Source: Octopus bimaculoides (lineage: Eukaryota). Taken from it: a DNA stretch of 64,000 nt. The translations under genes were made by a program, and so were the position numbers. The number at the start of each line of letters is the position of its first letter. Position 1 is the stretch's first letter. The notes beneath the pieces were generated by a model, which made no database searches, was not told the DNA's origin, and worked only from the letters and a program-made list of their open reading frames with translations. The stretch is from NCBI RefSeq assembly GCF_001194135.2, contig NC_068990.1, positions 78,683,258 to 78,747,257 on the forward strand, read 5' to 3'. Shown piece after piece: positions 12,521-26,439 of the stretch.

Positions 12521-15500
12521 AGAGAGAGAGAGATTTGTCATATACATCGTAGCTTTCACTCGCATTTCTTTCTGTTTTGAAAACTTGCCGGTGTCGACTT
12601 TGCTCTTTCAACAAATGAGATTGATAAAATAGGTACTGGGAAACGATTTAGCTTTTCGCTCCCTGAAAAATAATGTTTATATAAATAACAAAAGAACCGC
12701 TGATAATGGGAGTGGTGGGATTAACTTTCTTCAATTTAAGAAGCCCTTTAAAAAAATTTTTTTTTTAAAGAAACCTGTTTCAAATCCTGGATATTCTACA
12801 CTCACGATTAAAGGATATCTTTGTTGTTAATGAGAACGGAATTAAGTGTTGATGGTCTACTTTTTCATTGAATTTGAAAGTAATAAAAGAACACTAATTG
12901 GTTTTATAAAGAAATAGGCAATAATTTTTGAATTCAGGATAACGATGGCTTTTATTTCTGAAGAAAAACTCGAGATTTCTTAACGTTTGTTCATGTTTTA
13001 GAACCAACTGAGTCTATGGCATTATTTTGGCAGAGAGTGAATTCTAGAGGACTGGCGTTCAAAAAAGGCAAGATTGGATCAAAGTGGTTTGGGCAGAAAG
13101 TGACCGAAAGAAATTTTAAACAAACAATTTAAAGATATCACTGGTGGTTATTTTGTTGACTGAGAAAGATAATGTGTTGGTCGCAGTTTCTAGAATATTA
13201 CATCATACAATGATGATGATGATGATGATGATGATAAGGTCATATCTAGAAATGTTGATAGGCCACGTTCTCTGAAATAATGATGTATTTATTAAGTGGA
13301 TAACTATTACCTTTTTGTCTTTCGTTCATTTGTTATTGCCTCATTAAACAAGCCAAAGCGGGTTCCTATGGCATTTAACTCGAGAACAGAAGATCACTGG
13401 AATAAAGACAGCAAAGTGGATATTTAGTGCTGCTAATTCCTGTTTTACAACCCATCTCAATTGACCAAAAATATGCTTAATCTGAATCCTGCGCACAAAT
13501 GAATTTTTAATTGAGATGTTAACGACAGAGTCTAAAACAAAATACATGACTGAAGACCATTCTTAGTAAAAAAATTCACAAGGGTCACTTTTACTCTTCG
13601 TCTCCCTAAATGATATAGAATAATTAACAAATGGATTGGAGTTAATTTAATCGACCATACCTATACATTATGACAGTTGATAAAAGATGATGATGTAGTT
13701 TTTGTAGTGATTGGTGGAGTCGGGGCAGATAGAGGCGAATAGATGTTATAACTTTTATTTTATCAACACCAATAGAATTTGGTCACAGAGTCCCGAAGAT
13801 ATTAAAGAGATTCAGTTTTTAAAATTCTGTTTTATATATAAAACCGAGATTTACAAACAAACAAAGAATGTCATAGAACCCCAAACCTGCCTTATTCATT
13901 ATAATCAACATGTTGCAGTGCTACTTCATTCTTAATTACAAGAAGGATTTTTAAAAAGGTTTATTCAGATTTGTTGATTTATTGGACTCTATTTACCGTT
14001 ACCTATTTTATATGACAGCTGCTAAGTTTGTAACTTCGAAAGTTAACATGACGAACTACTTAACGGTTTGTTTAATCGTTTGATCCAGATTATTGTCTTT
14101 TTGAATACGACAACATTAATAAAGGATAAACTAGTCATTTAGAATATAGTCTGAACAAGTTAAGGGGACAACGTGCACAGCTCGAAGTCAAAATACAAGG
14201 GAAGTAACTATAGATGGTAGCATTTATTTTAAGAATTCATTTGGTCAAGTTCCACAAACCATTTCTATAATGACTTTTTTTTTTAAAAATAAGCACTTGA
14301 GACTTAAACAAAAGGAATTTTGTAGCATTAAACAAATTTTAAAAAAAAAACCCAACCAAACAAACCAAAAAACTTTCTATATTTGAGGTTTTAGGGTACC
14401 AGATAACCAAGTAAATGATGTGAAGTTGTATATCATCTCCATAGCTATGTTTTACCCATGTCAAGACTCCTTCAATTTTCGGCTGCCATATTGTATAACT
14501 CGAAAGAAGTTAGCTACTTATTAGGGTGCTTGAAGTTTAATGAAGACAAAAACCGAACGGACTCTTTGACCGATCCAATATTTTCTCACCTGCCTCCTCC
14601 TCCCATTGTACCTTCCTCTCCTTCCACGCTCTTTATAGTGCAGTAGCGACTGGAATGTTCTGTTTCTCTCGTTTTATCCTATATCCTATCAATGGTTTAC
14701 TCCTACTTTTTTGTGACTGTTTTCTAAAATCAATCTACCTTTTCAAAATGATAGATCTATACATATAATCTAGGCCAGATACCGTCCGTGTAATGTATCA
14801 GGTCTTATACAGTAGCATCAGATATAATAGAAAGTGTGGTGAGAATCGCGAAACCTCCATCAACAAACTACGTCGGATATATTTATCAACCTATACAATA
14901 TATTTATCAATTATTATTATATTGTTAGCGATTGGAAGAGAATCACGTAAAGCTTTAAACTTATTTAACGTTCTTATGGATTCCTCTTTAACGAATTTGT
15001 ATTATACAGTTCAGGGAAATTATCTCCCCTAGACCATTATCAACAAGGGAGATAACTATTGCCATCATGATTTGAATGTGTCAAGGGAACCAGAATTATG
15101 TGTGTGTGTGTGTTTGTCTATACTTTTATTACCGTCAGTGCTTGTGCTGCGACCATGCTGGAGCATCCGTATACGATTTGTTGTGTTTCTACAGAACTGA
15201 ACTTTTAGTGTATGCATGAATTTGATGTTAGTGTCCTTAGTTGCATTTCCCAATGTGTGTCCGTAGTTTCAAAGGATGAGGCACATTCTGAACACGAGTC
15301 ACAAAGACTGGAACAGTCTTTGTTGCATCCTGGCATCGTCCTCCACAGTTTGCTGTGACACAGTCTGCTGTGACACAGTCTCTGTAGTTGGATGTCCTTC
15401 CTTTTTACATTTTATGTTTCACCAGCTCCAGTGAAGTTGCTCTGCAAGTTGGGAGACTAAGGTTCCCTATAACTGAGAGGTGCTGAAGGAGGCGTTACGC

Positions 15501-16549
15501 TTGGAGATAAGATGTCAAAGTATGAAAGAAGAGGCCAGGACAAGGTTAGAAGAGAGCGAGAGGGTGAGAATGGGTGAATATAATGAATGAAGAACAAGTA
15601 GAGGTAGGGAAGAGTAGGTGACAACTGTAAAGATTGGGTTAGGGTTGAGGTGAAAGGTGGGAAGGGGTTGGAGTGAGAAGCAGAATAGTAATGAAATGAG
15701 AGAGAGAGAGAGATAAGTGGCTGGGTAGGTTGTGAGAGTGTCAGTGGGGGAGAGAGAGAAGCAAGCATAATGCATTGAGGAGCAAGAGAGACATATGGTA
15801 GTGAAGGAGGAGAGAGGATTTGGTGGCTTGGGTGGGGTGATCAATGGAGGGGACATTATAAGGATGAAGGATGGATATCAAGTAAAATGATTCTGAGTAA
15901 TGAAGAAGATTAGGATTATTAAGGAAATAAAGGGTGGCGGGAGTGGCGTAGGGAGAAAACTTGGGCAAAGATATCTTTTACTTGTCCCAATCATTAGACT
16001 GTGGCCATGCTGGGGTACCACCTTGAAGGATTTTAGACAGATGAATTGAGCCCTGTACTTTTTTCTTTTTTTAAAGCTTGGTACTTATTCTATCAGTCAC
16101 TGTTGCCAAACTGGTTAGTTATGGGGATGTAAACACACCAACACTGGTTGTCAAGCAGTGGTGAGGGACTAACTCAAAGACCCCCCACTCCCCATATACA
16201 TATGTATGTGTGTGTGTGATGGACTTTGCTTAGTTTCCATCTACCAAATCCACTGACAAGGTTTTGGTCAGCTTGAGGCTGTAGTGGAAAACAGTTACCC
16301 AAGGTGTCATGCAGTGGGACTGAACCTGGAACTATGTAGTTGGGAAGAAAACTTCTTACCACACAGCCATGCCTGCACCTATATATACACACACAGAGAG
16401 CAAGGAGCATGGATGTTAGATGATGATGATGACAGCACTTCCAGGACTTAGTGGGAAGTGGGGATGTGGCTTTATGTTAGGAGGTGAGGGGTTACAGTAT
16501 AAGAGAAGTGCTGTAGAAGAACCATGTGGCTACTCACATTTAGAAGAGG

Positions 16550-16930
16550 GAGTTAGAAGGATTAGGAGGAGCTGCAAAGAGATAACTATATGTCTAAGTA
16601 CCACCTTTTAAGACATGGGATGAGCATAAGTGAATGGGGTCCAGTGGAAATAAAAGTCTGGGTAGCTGGGCACTGGCATAAGAAACAGACGTTTTACAGG
16701 CAACCACTAATGTGTGTATTCTGACAGGTTTTTGATTTAACATTGTTGGAACCAGTCTGTTGGTCACTGTATTTAACATTGTTGGAACCAGCCTGTTGGT
16801 CACTGCATTTACTATGGCCCCTGGCAATGCCAGCCATCAGAGTGCCAACACCAGTGGTATGTGTAACCACTGGTTGAGATTTGTCCTTCCCTGGCCAACA
16901 CACCTCTGATAGGGCCACCACAGCAAACAA
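16550..16930 (-). mobile_element. LINE AP-endonuclease fragment with an internal 36-bp tandem duplication
   Basis: VVALSEVCWPG motif; duplicated unit at 16739-16774 and 16775-16810. Confidence 0.55.
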
Positions 16931-17174
16931 ATGAATTCAGAAGACATCAGGGACAGTCATTCTTCACAGAGAAAACATTCCGGGTCCCCTCCTGATCAGA
17001 CCTCCTCATGTTGAAACAAGATGCTCTACTCCTGATGATGGATGACACCTTTGCACACCTTATATGCTAACAACTGGACATTGACATTTTTCAGCCATAA
17101 GTTATTGCCTCTCTCTCAATATTTGCATTTACACACGTATATGCAATATACACAGTCACAGATATAGTTACATG

Positions 17175-17221
<47 letters not shown>

Positions 17222-17344
17222 CTATAGATAATTTTATTGAAACCGAAAAGCACTTCAGAAACTGTTACTTAAATTAGACAGTTGTGTACACATGCATGCA
17301 CACATGCACACATGCACACACGCACACACACATACACACACACA

Positions 17345-18571
17345 TGAGGGTTGACTGAAACGTTCATAGGCTGACCAAGATGCTCTCATGGAATGTAACC
17401 AAATGAGGTTTATTTTCCAACATTGTCCCCCTTGTGGTTTGCACACTTCTTCCATGAGGTGTTGCAGTGCTTGGATCCTGTTGTTGAAGAAACTTTAAGC
17501 CCTGTTGGTCAAAAAAGTCATCAACAAAAGACATGACATCATCATCATCACTGATGGTTCCCAGCTAAGTGTTCTTTTTATCTTGAGGAACAGATGATAA
17601 TCAGATGGGGTCAAGTCAGAAGATTAAGGAGGGGTGGTCAACCAGTTCAAGGCCACAGTCACGTACAGCAGCCTTTGAAAACCAACGAGTTGTGTGATGA
17701 AGCATTGTCCTAATGAAAGCTTTTTTATAACTCCCGCATCAAACTGGCATAGTACTCTCCATTGATGGTGTGGCCCCTTTTGAAGATAGTCAATAAACAC
17801 AGTGTCTTTTACATTGCAAAAAAAACTGAGGCCATCACCTTCTGTGCAGCTGAAACATTCTTGGCCTTCTTTGGAGCAGATGAGGAAGTCGGTGTTTCCA
17901 CTGAATGTATTGTCTCTTTGTCTCTGACTCAAACTGATGAAACCAACATTCATCCTGGTTCAAGAAAGTTCAAGGAAACCATCTGGATCTGCCTCAACCA
18001 ATATCAGATTTCGTTGTAATGTGATCAACCAGGTGCACCTCTGATCAGGTGTCAAAAGACGTGGCAGCCACTGAGCAGAAGACCTTCACCATGTCAAGTT
18101 CATTGTGCAGAATACTCTCTTAACAGGATATGCTAATAACCTTGGCTATTTGATTTATAGTCAATCACCTGTCATGTGGTGGATCAATGTTTTCCTCAGT
18201 GGTGGCAGTTGCAGGATGTCTAGACCATGCGCCATCTTCAAGACTCCCTTTCTCCTCCTGAATTCCATTGCCCACTTTTGTACTGTTGATGAAGTGTCAT
18301 CCCCTAATGTAGCCACTGTATCAGCATGAATGTCCTTGGGGGTTAAACCCTTTTTTTTTCCTGCAGGTACTTGATAACACCATGGTGATAAATTCTGTTG
18401 ATTTTCGAGAGAAGTCTTTACTTTTAAAATGCTCTTTGAGCAACCAGATGTCAGTTTACCTGGAAAGAAACAATGCAGTTATTAATAAGAAGAGTTCAAA
18501 TCAATGCCTGCAAGATTTCACAGCTCTAGCATCAATTCTTCATAGCTTATGAACGTTTCAGCCTACCCCTG
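17345..18571 (-). mobile_element. Decayed mariner transposon of a different subfamily, in SUGCT intron 1
   Basis: Imperfect TIRs GAGGGTTGACTGAAACGTTCATAGGCT / AGCTTATGAACGTTTCAGCCTACCCCT. Minus-strand fragments HGVIKYLQ, KKGLTPKDIHAD, FESETKRQYIQWKH, VFIDYLQKG, AAVRDCGLELVDHP, DLTPSDYHLF. Confidence 0.88.
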
Positions 18572-18602
18572 AGAGAGAGAGAGAGAGAGAGAGAGAGTGG
18601 TG

Positions 18603-18637
<35 letters not shown>

Positions 18638-19803
18638 TTTGTATGAACTTATACAAATGTAAAAGATAGGAATAATTGCAATTATACAGATGTGTTTCTA
18701 CGGAAGGGCTTGTAGATGTATGCCTACATGTAGTGATGTTGCATAATGATGGGTGTGCAAGAAAATCTACATGAACCTACATGAACAAAGTCTACAAGCC
18801 AATGTGATTTACATTTAAATGAAGAAACACAAATATGGCCATATAAATATATATAGATGTATACATACAACGAATGTAGGTGGGTGAGCGTAGATAAGGA
18901 TAAGATAATATGTAGATTTATTGGTTTGAAGTTTTGGCACAAGATCAGCAATTTCAGGGAAGGGTGAAAGTCAATTACACCAGTCAATGACTGGTACTTA
19001 TTTCAATGACCCTGAAAGGGTGAGAGGCAAAGTCAACCTCAGTGGAATTTGAATGCAGAACTTAAGGACGGACAAAGTGCCACTTAGCATTTTGCCTGGT
19101 ATGCTGCCAATTCTGCCAGCTTACTGCCTTATAAATATATGGCCAGAATAATATGTAAATATATAGCAAAGTAGTTCCTGTTTTTTTTTATATCTAAGGT
19201 AAAGCGAGTGAATATAGTTGCAGACTATCCATAAGTTTATGTAAAATGAGAAAGAATAAAATATGAATTAAATATAAGGAAGAGGCATGAAACGATGAAT
19301 GTCGATATGGTCAGGATTGGTTAGAAGAGAACTTATCAATAATACAATGTGCTGTGTGTCTGTGATATTTGTTAGTTGAGGAGGTTGACTGGTGGACTGG
19401 TGGACTGACCCCTTGGTAGTGGGTAGCAGACTAAAAGACAGGAAGACACATGGGAGATGAATGGCAAGAAAGAAACACTGAGAAAGATGCATAAGAATAG
19501 AAAACGTTTGGGTGAGTGGAAAGGCATGGGTTGAGCTGTTTGAAGAGTAAATATTATTATTTAGTTGTTTGTTGGAGGTTCTTTTTAGCATGACACATTT
19601 GTTTTGGTTTTATGTGAAATTTCTGTGGCCCTAATCAAAACCATTAATTGGAGAAGTTGATCATAAGAACCTTTAAATCAATGAATTTCTTTTTATAATT
19701 TTAGCCAATCAGATACATCCATTCTCTACACACCGTGACAATCTTTTTGAAAGATCTGTGCTTTTAGTTTCTGCCCAGAATCAATTCTCTAAGCAAAAGT
19801 AAT

Positions 19804-19877
19804 CCCAAATTCTCAGTATGCAGTACTGACCCCAAATTCTTAGTATGCAGTACTGACCCCAAATTCTTAGTATGCAG
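19804..19877. repeat. 27-bp tandem repeat, about 2.7 copies
   Basis: (CCCAAATTCTTAGTATGCAGTACTGAC)n. Confidence 0.9.
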
Positions 19878-20969
19878 GATAATGATATAGAATAAAGAAA
19901 TTGATTTCAACAATGTAAGTTAAATATATTTCATATGTTCCAGAGAGGAAGACAATATTCTCAAAAATGTCATTTACAGGCAGAGAAAGATATAAGAAAA
20001 GAAGAAAGGAAAGCATTGCTGTAGAAAATATAAATGTCAATTCTAAAATTTCCTGTAGATTTTGGAAAGAAATAGTTTTGGTATTTTCCAAAAGAGTGGC
20101 ATTGTTTGAAGAAAATAAAAATCCTATATTCCCCTCTCTTTCTCTCTCTCAACAAGATAAAAACAAAAGAACAATTGTACTTTTTCTGCTTCCATTGATA
20201 AACCTGTAAATATGATAGTTTTTTTTTCCCCCCACTAATGTTCCACAAATACTTCTTTGGATTTACAACATAGAAATATCTAGCTGAGTCAGTTGATTTC
20301 TTCAGCAAAGAGGCCACAACTCATTAAATCCACATAAAAAACACTATGTCTTCTGTAGACAAAATGAAATCAGCCACAGTTTTCTGTTCTAGTTAAATTC
20401 ACCAAAAGTTCTTATTTATAAAAGTGGAAATGTCTTGATACATCAGTGGATACATCAGGGATAATTATTACATCCCACCAAGAATAAAGTAACTGTTCAG
20501 TGATATTGATGGAGGTTTCTCATCAGACAGAAACACTGAATTGCAAACAGTGAAGGTTTGTTGACATTCCTTGTCAACGAATTGTCAAATAACTGTATTA
20601 ATGGAGATGAGATAGAATGAAAAGCCCCTCAATTAACAGAGACTATGTGGAAAATAAGAACTCTGAAATGGTCTTTCATGAGACTGGTGTTTAGAAGAAA
20701 GGAGACAATAGATGGAATAACAAATTGACAGAATGGACAGTGCATCCAGAAAAAAGAAAGAGGGGAAGACCATGCAGAAGTTGGCATGAAGACTGCTAAA
20801 TCCTAAATAGGGATGAGAAAAACATCAGATGGTGGTTGATGGAGAGAACATGCTCAGGCTTTTGTCCAGCAGTGGACTGACATGTGTATGGACATATATA
20901 CAACGCACAGCACCTCATGCTTTTAATAATGATAATAATAAATAATAATAATAATCCCTCTCTCTCTCT

Positions 20970-21025
<56 letters not shown>

Positions 21026-21035
21026 GCTTACATGC

Positions 21036-21066
<31 letters not shown>

Positions 21067-21089
21067 TGGTGGTGTTTATTTCTGTGTTC

Positions 21090-21125
21090 CTTTCTGTCGA
21101 AGAGTGTAGGCTCGAAATGTAAAAG
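21090..21125 (+). ncRNA. Degenerate hammerhead-like motif
   Basis: CTTT-CTGTCGA-A-GAGT(gtag)GCTC-GAAA-TG-TA-AAAG. Same architecture as 30809-30854, with core A6 changed and ACGT decayed to ATGT. Confidence 0.4.
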
Positions 21126-21299
21126 ACTTTCTCACTTTCCAAGCATTAAACTAATACATCTGTTTGTTGTTTACACACCTGTCTTCATCTTTTGTTTTTA
21201 TGTAAATTCTCACTATGTATATGGTGGTGTAAGATACAGCTTAGTCACCCGTATAAGTTAATCAGGTTAAACGACCGGTGTAGTACCTTTATAGTTAGC

Positions 21300-22130
21300 T
21301 GTTACCAGGGTAAGGGTGATGCCTTAGAAACAATTACAGAGGTATCAAACTGCTAGACCAAGTCATGAAAGTTACTGAGATTGATTAGGAATAGAATTAA
21401 ACTAGATGCGATGCAGTTTGGTTTTGTACCTCGGAAGAGTATCACAGATGCCATCTTCCTAGTGAGGCAACTGCAGGAAAAGTACTTGGCCATTGTACTT
21501 AGCCTTCGTTGACCTGGAGAAAGCTTTCAACAGAGTTCCCCGCTCTGTTATATGGCAGTCCCTAAGGAAGTTAGGAGTAGAGGAGTGGCTTCTTAGAGCT
21601 GTACAAACCATGTACAGTGGTGCTGTCAGTAGGGTGAGAGTCGGCCATGAATACAGTGATGAATTTAGTGTACAAGTAGGGGTTCACCAGGGCTCAGTTC
21701 TCAGCCCACTCTTATTCATTATAGTCCTCCAGGCCATAACAGAGGAATTCAAAACTGGGTGGGAACTGCTGTATGCTGATGACTTTGCTCTTATTGCAGA
21801 ATCTTTAGCAGAATTGGAGAAGAAATTTCAGATATGGAAACAAAACCTTAAAGTTAATCTAGCAAAGACCAAAGTGGTTGTTAGTAAGAAAGAAGATAAA
21901 ACTCTTTTTCTGTCAGGTAAACAGCCCTGCTCAATATGTAGGAAAGGAGTTGGAAGAAATTCAATTCACTGCACCCAGTTTACACTGGACATATAAGAGG
22001 TACAGTGGAATCACAGGTAGATTAACAGATAAAGTTGTCTTTGTATGTGGCAGATGTGCAAGAACAAAAAGCACCAGGAGCACATGGGACTTAGATTCTC
22101 TCAAATGTCCAGGAGTAAACTGAATGGAAC
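21300..22130 (+). mobile_element. RTE-type LINE RT remnant with Cys-rich (PHD-like) tail
   Basis: NYRGIKLLDQVMK, QFGF, LAFVDLEKAFNRVPR, VGVHQGSVLSPLLF, LLYADD, PCSICRKGVGRNSIHC, FVCGRC. Confidence 0.93.
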
Positions 22131-23196
22131 CTCTGCAGGGGACTATCCATTGAAACCATCTCAGCCTGGGTAGGAATGGTTTAATCCAAATAATTGCAAC
22201 AGACTGAATTCCACTGACAACAAGGACCAAATGCTGGTGTTCACCAAGGCTGTGTGTTAAGTCTACCACTGATTAAAATGAACCAATAAAAGGCCATGGT
22301 ATTCTATTGTAGAAGCGACACTTAAAAGTTCCCAAATGAAAGGGAGCAACAATTTGAAGAGAGACAAATGTATTCCAAGAGGAGACTGAAGCTAAGAAGA
22401 ACAAAGAATGGTTGATGGAGACAAGTGGAAGAGGGGGGGGAGGATATGTGGGCCAACAATATACTTAGGAGTGTCGGTGTAGTTTATATTCACCTAAGTA
22501 TATGACTGGTACTTCTAGTATTGAGAACAGGAAAGATCAATGTCAGACAGCAGGAATAAAGCTTAGAACATAAAGAATTGAAAGTAAATTGCACAAAGCA
22601 TTTTGTTTGATGCTCTACCGATTCTGACATTCACTATCCTATATAGTGAAACACAACGATGATGCAACACATTATATCATATCATTATTTAAGATTGGAT
22701 TTCATCATTACATAACATAATGTATCTTAAAGAGGACATTTGAAGATTAATTATGTTATATAGATCAACAACAAATAATGGCATAAGTCTTGACACAGGC
22801 ACAACACATCATCAATATAGAAACAGCAGACAGCATGGATAAACTATTTCCGGAATTTGGAACTAAATCTGACGTCAATGGTAAGGAAAATGGAATTCTG
22901 ATGACAGCCAATGAAAGCCACAAATAACAGTATTCTGGTCAGTATTAACTCAAAAGGAAAATAATTGTAATATTAAACGCAATGAAAATCAGAAACGGCG
23001 GTGGTGGTGGGGGGAAGAAGGCCTTGAGATAATGATTGTCTTAGAGGGTTTATTATTCCAACAAAATATAAAAGAAATATGAAAAATTCTTTATAAAATA
23101 TCAAAAGTAATGTAACATTCTCTATATCTAAAGAAAAACTGTTAGTCATAACACTCATACACACACACATAGGTGTATGTGTGTGTTCATGTATAC

Positions 23197-23262
<66 letters not shown>

Positions 23263-23618
23263 TGCATATGTGTGTGTGTGTCTTTCAGTTATTTCAGTCA
23301 TTAGACTGTGGTCATACTGGAGTACAACCTTGAAGCGTTTTAGCTGAAGGAATTTATCCTAGACTAATTTTTTTAAAGTTTGTTAATTATTTTGTCAATT
23401 TCTTTTCTCTACCTGCTAAGTTTCTGGCCCTTGTGCCGGTAGAACATAAAAGCACCCACTACACTCTCAGAGTGGTTGGCGTTAGGAAGGGTATCCAGCT
23501 GTAGAAATTCTGCCAGATCGGATTGGAGTCTGGTGCTGCCATCCAGTTCACCAGTCCTCAGTCAAATCGTCCAACCCATGCTAGAATGGTCATTTTTCAC
23601 AGGAATTTTCAATGGCTG

Positions 23619-23679
23619 GATAACTGAAGAGATGGTGGCGTGGGTTCCCACCCTGGCATCCAAAACTTGGAGTTTTATC
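23619..23679 (+). ncRNA. Degenerate hammerhead-like motif (G12 lost)
   Basis: GATAA-CTGAAGA-GATG(...GTGGG tt CCCAC...)CATC-C-AAAA-CT(tgg)AG-TT-TTATC. All three stems pair, but GAAA reads AAAA. Confidence 0.4.
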
Positions 23680-23836
23680 ATGGCTACCGAATAAGTGTCA
23701 CATATTTTTACAGATATATATATATATATATACCGGAGTAAGCACATAAAATGTGCAACAATGTGGAAAAAGAGTACTCAAATACCAGAGGTAGAGTAAT
23801 ATGCTTTATTTAAAAGCAGCAGAAATATAACAAAAG

Positions 23837-23876
23837 ACTGTTACTCTGAGTTTCACGTTCTTGTTCATCGGACAGT
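23837..23876 (-). ncRNA. Hammerhead variant (U4C core) in a (TA)n-flanked repeat
   Basis: Minus strand ACTGT-CCGATGA-ACA(agaa)CGT-GAAA-CTC-A-GAG-TA-ACAGT. Stem I 5 bp, stem III 4 bp around a 1-nt loop, GUA triplet, one mismatch in stem II. Confidence 0.55.
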
Positions 23877-24549
23877 TTTGTTATATATATATATATATAT
23901 ATTTAAAATTAATGTCACATGAAGCAGCTTTGAATGAAGTATTTTCAAGTTAAGTTATTCTTTAACACATTTGATTGTAACTGGACATGATAAGACCTAT
24001 AACTGCAGAAATTGTCTTGGGAGAAAATTCTCCACCTAGACCTGTGTAAATGCAGCATTTTGTTTTGGGCTTTGAGTGACATCATTAGATCACCTGTTTG
24101 AGACTGAGTTAGTGTAGGTAGCTGATGAAGTGGAAATGTGTGCATTCCACAATCTAATGATGCCATTCACTGTCCAAAACAAAACGTCATTTTTACACAA
24201 GTCTAGATGAAGAATTTCCCTCTGGGATTATCCTAGCAGTGATAGGGCTTATGTCCAATTGCCCTCAAACATGGTTAATATGATTTTACACTAATATATT
24301 ATATATAAATATATACGGTGGACACTCTCCCGTTGAAGGCGATGTATAAGCGTTCAGCTCATTGTCTCATTTAAATTAATGTTTACCCGGACAGGTGCAT
24401 GGTGTACTACACATCAGGTGTCAAAGTGATTGCAGAGCAATGTGAGATGAAGTGTTTTACTCAAGAGCACGACACACCACCTGGCCTAGGAACTGAAATC
24501 AGGACTGCTTGATCATGAGTGCAACACCCTAACCACTAAGCCATGTGTC

Positions 24550-24614
<65 letters not shown>

Positions 24615-25081
24615 NNNNNNNNNNNNNNNNNNNNNNNNNNNNNNNNNNNNNNNNNNNNNNNNNNNNNNNNNNNNNNNNNNNNNNNNNNNNNNNNNNNNNN
24701 NNNNNNNNNNNNNNNNNNNNNNNNNNNNNNNNNNNNNNNNNNNNNNNNNNNNNNNNNNNNNNNNNNNNNNNNNNNNNNNNNNNNNNNNNNNNNNNNNNNN
24801 NNNNNNNNNNNNNNNNNNNNNNNNNNNNNNNNNNNNNNNNNNNNNNNNNNNNNNNNNNNNNNNNNNNNNNNNNNNNNNNNNNNNNNNNNNNNNNNNNNNN
24901 NNNNNNNNNNNNNNNNNNNNNNNNNNNNNNNNNNNNNNNNNNNNNNNNNNNNNNNNNNNNNNNNNNNNNNNNNNNNNNNNNNNNNNNNNNNNNNNNNNNN
25001 NNNNNNNNNNNNNNNNNNNNNNNNNNNNNNNNNNNNNNNNNNNNNNNNNNNNNNNNNNNNNNNNNNNNNNNNNNNNNNNNN

Positions 25082-25117
<36 letters not shown>

Positions 25118-26119
25118 TTTCTGCACTTACAAATTTTTCCACCAAGATATAAAAAAAACCAAAAAAAAAACTCTTCACAGCAAATACTTTCCTCTTTGCA
25201 GAGTCTAAGAATGGCTAGAAATAAATGCACACATTTTTGTTTCAATCATCCCTACTTTGCTGACATGAAATCTAGTTTGTTGAGGCTTATCACACCAGCA
25301 AATGTATTGCTGTGTAATACACACACGCACACACACACACACACACACATGGAATGAGAGGGAGAGAGAGAGAGCTGTTGTTAGGTAGTAATCTGGAGAA
25401 ATACTCAAAACAAATACAGTTTATTGAAGCCATCCTAGTGGTTTGTTATGTGGCATTTTGCTCTAAACTGTGTGTGTGTGTGTGTGTTTGTGTGAATGTA
25501 CCATGAGGTTCTTTCAGTTTTTGTCTCCCAAATCCACTCACAAGGTTCTGGTCAACCCAGTGCTATAGTAGAATGCACTTCCCCAAACTGCTGCACAGTG
25601 AAATTGAACCCAAAACCATGTGGGTAGGAAGTAAACTTTTTAACTTTACAGCCATGCTATACCATTTATTAACCGGTTATAGTTAAATGTCTAATCCAAG
25701 ATTCTGCATTCCAACCCATCTTCCTAATGACTTTGAATAAAAATCTTGTATGAAAGGTAGTGTAGATCTTACAGTACAGAATGGTGTAGCTGCTGTGGAT
25801 TTGAATGTAAAACCCATCTACAGAGTATCATAAATCCATGTCCAGTGTCTTATCCATTCAACTGGTTTCTCTCTCAACTCAGTGCATAAACTCCTCAAGG
25901 ATATCAGTGACCATTACTACTTTTATTATACAAAACAGCTTCTGTTGTATCTCAAAACTTTATTATTATTGGTGTTTATTGCCCTATGCAAAGCACCTGT
26001 GTTGGTGCCACACAACAAACACCTGTGCTGGGGCCATGTGTGCTGGTGCCACATAAAAAAAACACTCATGCTTGAGCCATGTATAAAGCATCCATGCTGG
26101 TGTCACATATAAAGCGCCC

Positions 26120-26290
26120 AGTGCCACTTGGTAGAGCAGTTGGTGTTGGGAAGGGCATCCAGCTGTAGAAACCATGCCAAACACAGACAATTGAAACCTG
26201 GTGCAACTTCCTGGCCTTGCCAGCTCCTGTTAACCCATCCAACCCATGCCAGCATGGAAAACAGACATTAAATGATGATGATGATGATGA
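26120..26290 (-). mobile_element. Interspersed repeat family B (CATCATCAT head, GTTTCTACAGCTGGATGCCCTTCC core). Others at about 2190-2330(+), 23455-23590(-), 28715-28880(-), 39175-39345(+), 44395-44460(+)
   Basis: Repeated CCATGCTGGCATGGGTTGGA...GGCTGCACCAG...TTTCTACAGCTGGATGCCCTTCC(T)AACGCCAACC on both strands. Confidence 0.8.
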
Positions 26291-26439
26291 TGATGATTAA
26301 CATCTGTTTCAGTAGTTTTTGTTCACAAGACATTTGGCCCAGTGAATGCTTTTCCCCAGGAAAGGTTTTACCCAATGAAGGCCTTTCCCCAGGGGAATAT
26401 TTTAGGGTCCAACTCCAATGAAATATTCATAAATTATAC

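Noticed and set aside
17934-17975. CTGATGA followed by an AACCA/TGGTT stem
   Set aside because: Not followed directly by GAAA, no stems I or III, and inside mariner coding sequence. Other CTGATGA/CTGAAGA hits (22895, 24122, 39597, 43948, 55603, 58413-58445) also lack the three-stem fold.
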